Part shown: positions 62,827-64,000 of the stretch, piece by piece
How the letters are laid out: every line of letters begins with the position of its first letter
Numbering within the stretch: the first letter of the stretch is position 1
Source of the DNA: Escherichia coli
GTDB taxonomy: Bacteria; Pseudomonadota; Gammaproteobacteria; Enterobacterales; Enterobacteriaceae
NCBI RefSeq assembly: GCF_013315695.1
Contig: NZ_CP054355.1
Strand: one strand, 5' to 3'
Length of the DNA: 64,000 nucleotides
Program-made: the position numbers and the translations under genes
The notes under the pieces: generated by a model
Databases searched by the model: none
The model's input: the letters and a program-made list of their open reading frames with translations, nothing else
Told to the model about the DNA's origin: nothing

Positions 62827-64000
62827 GGCTTGATATAAACCTGGCAGGCAAGGGATCTGGTTAACTCCTTTCCTTCAATAAAGTGTTTGAAGATCCAGAG
62901 ATACGTATCCACAAGCTCCAGCCCTGTACTCTGTGTCCCCGACTGGAAGACCTGCGGTTCAGCTGGTATTTCCATTACATCCATGACCGGTGTCTGCGCA
63001 GCAGTGCCTGTCATCAGGATCCTGTCACTCTTTCGACCGACAGATTATGGCATACAGTTGGGCTCGTAAGATCCAGAGTCAATAACTGACAGGGTTTATT
63101 CTGTCATCCTCCGGCAGCAAAGGCATATACGATATTCACTTATTTTGTCGGTCCAACGGCTTTTTACAGTAGCTCGTTTTGCCCAACTGATGCTACAGCT
63201 CTTTGGTTTGCTTCATCACGGATATCAGCTCCGACACAGGCACAGCTGACTGGTTGCAACGTCTGCACTTCTCTGGACCTGAAACGTCAATTATCAGGAT
63301 TCTGACGATTAGTCTTAAGACTGTCGGTAAATTAAGTGATGCCAGTTGTCAGGATATTCATGGAGCCAGTCTGCATGCGCCTCTGGCGTTGAGACAAACA
63401 TATGAAGTGTATTTCGGATATGACTGTACGCTCAGGAAGTACGGCAGATTCCGTCAAAAATTACCTGTAAAGACAGACTTCAGAAAAAACAGTGCTCGCC
63501 GCAGACCGGTGACCGGGCGAAGCCCGCGAACCGGCGAGGAAGCGCAATATATCTGTAGTTACAGTGAGCAGGTACGCCCTGAAGCCTTCATAATCGGTAG
63601 TGTATGTTGTTTTTCCGGAATGATTTATCCACATATCCAGAGGCCCGATCCAGTAAACAGATCCATGAATGATCAACAAAGGATCCATTAAAGATCCCCA
63701 TATCGCTGCAAACCTTGTCACTCATGGGCCGGGACCACGTTCACATAAGCTGTGGCATGTTATGGATAAACTGTAACAGGTTCATGATAAGCTGTATTCA
63801 GTAATGCATATACTGAAGTAAGTTAATGACATAAACTATGGTCAGTACGCCAGACTCAGTTGTTAAATACAGACTGCAGGTTTTTCTTCAGTCAGTTGAC
63901 GGGGTTCTGACACACGATTTTCTGTTTATTCTTTTACTGTCCACAGGCAGGAGGCTTTCTGGAAAACGAAAATTCAGACATCAAAAAACTGTTCGGCGAG

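Noticed and set aside
63203-63721. 162-aa plus and 86-aa minus ORFs near the window end
   Set aside because: Overlapping frames, no convincing RBS, low-complexity sequence; cannot tell which, if any, is coding

Overview
This window reads as a mosaic segment of an IncF-type enterobacterial plasmid, assembled from recognisable modules joined by IS/Tn elements. All assignments are from reading the six-frame ORFs and the DNA by eye; no database search was run, so family names rest on remembered motifs and gene order, and non-coding coordinates are approximate. Left to right: (1) an orphan colicin Ia/Ib-type immunity gene, an AT-rich block and a truncated ColE2-type rep remnant; (2) a Fur-box-preceded cjrABC-senB-like TonB-dependent uptake operon; (3) a cluster of mobile-element debris (Tn3-family IR-like 38-mers, IS91-like fragment, complete IS629, autotransporter fragment, complete IS5-like element); (4) a GC-rich chromosome-like island (agp fragment, HTH protein, a Campylobacter P19/Yersinia Fet-Flp-like iron-uptake operon with FTR1 permease, P19 protein, membrane protein, two FtsX permeases, ABC ATPase and thioredoxin, plus an orphan NqrC-like FMN-binding protein, scsD and an scsC fragment); (5) IS1111-like and IS26 fragments and a complete Tn3-family transposon (tnpA, res, tnpR) with no target duplication; (6) a decayed ParE/RHH toxin-antitoxin pair, then the IncFII replicon (oriR, repA1, copA, repA2); (7) hha-like, nuclease, finO, hydrolase and the distal half of an F-like tra operon (traX, traI, traD, extra gene, traT, traS, traG, traH, trbF, trbJ, trbB, traQ, artA, trbA, traF, trbE, traN, trbC fragment) cut off by IS1; (8) a pB171-like double partition locus (parM truncated, parA/parB intact), resD-ccdB-ccdA; (9) a poorly understood right end with small ORFs, terminators and a coupled 46-aa/213-aa ORF pair. 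No CRISPR array, rRNA or tRNA was seen. The best candidates for undescribed biology are the orphan FMN-binding protein beside the Fet-Flp operon, the extra membrane-protein gene between traT and traD, two pairs of repeated non-coding elements, and the uncharacterised cassette at 62.0-62.8 kb; none is proven.
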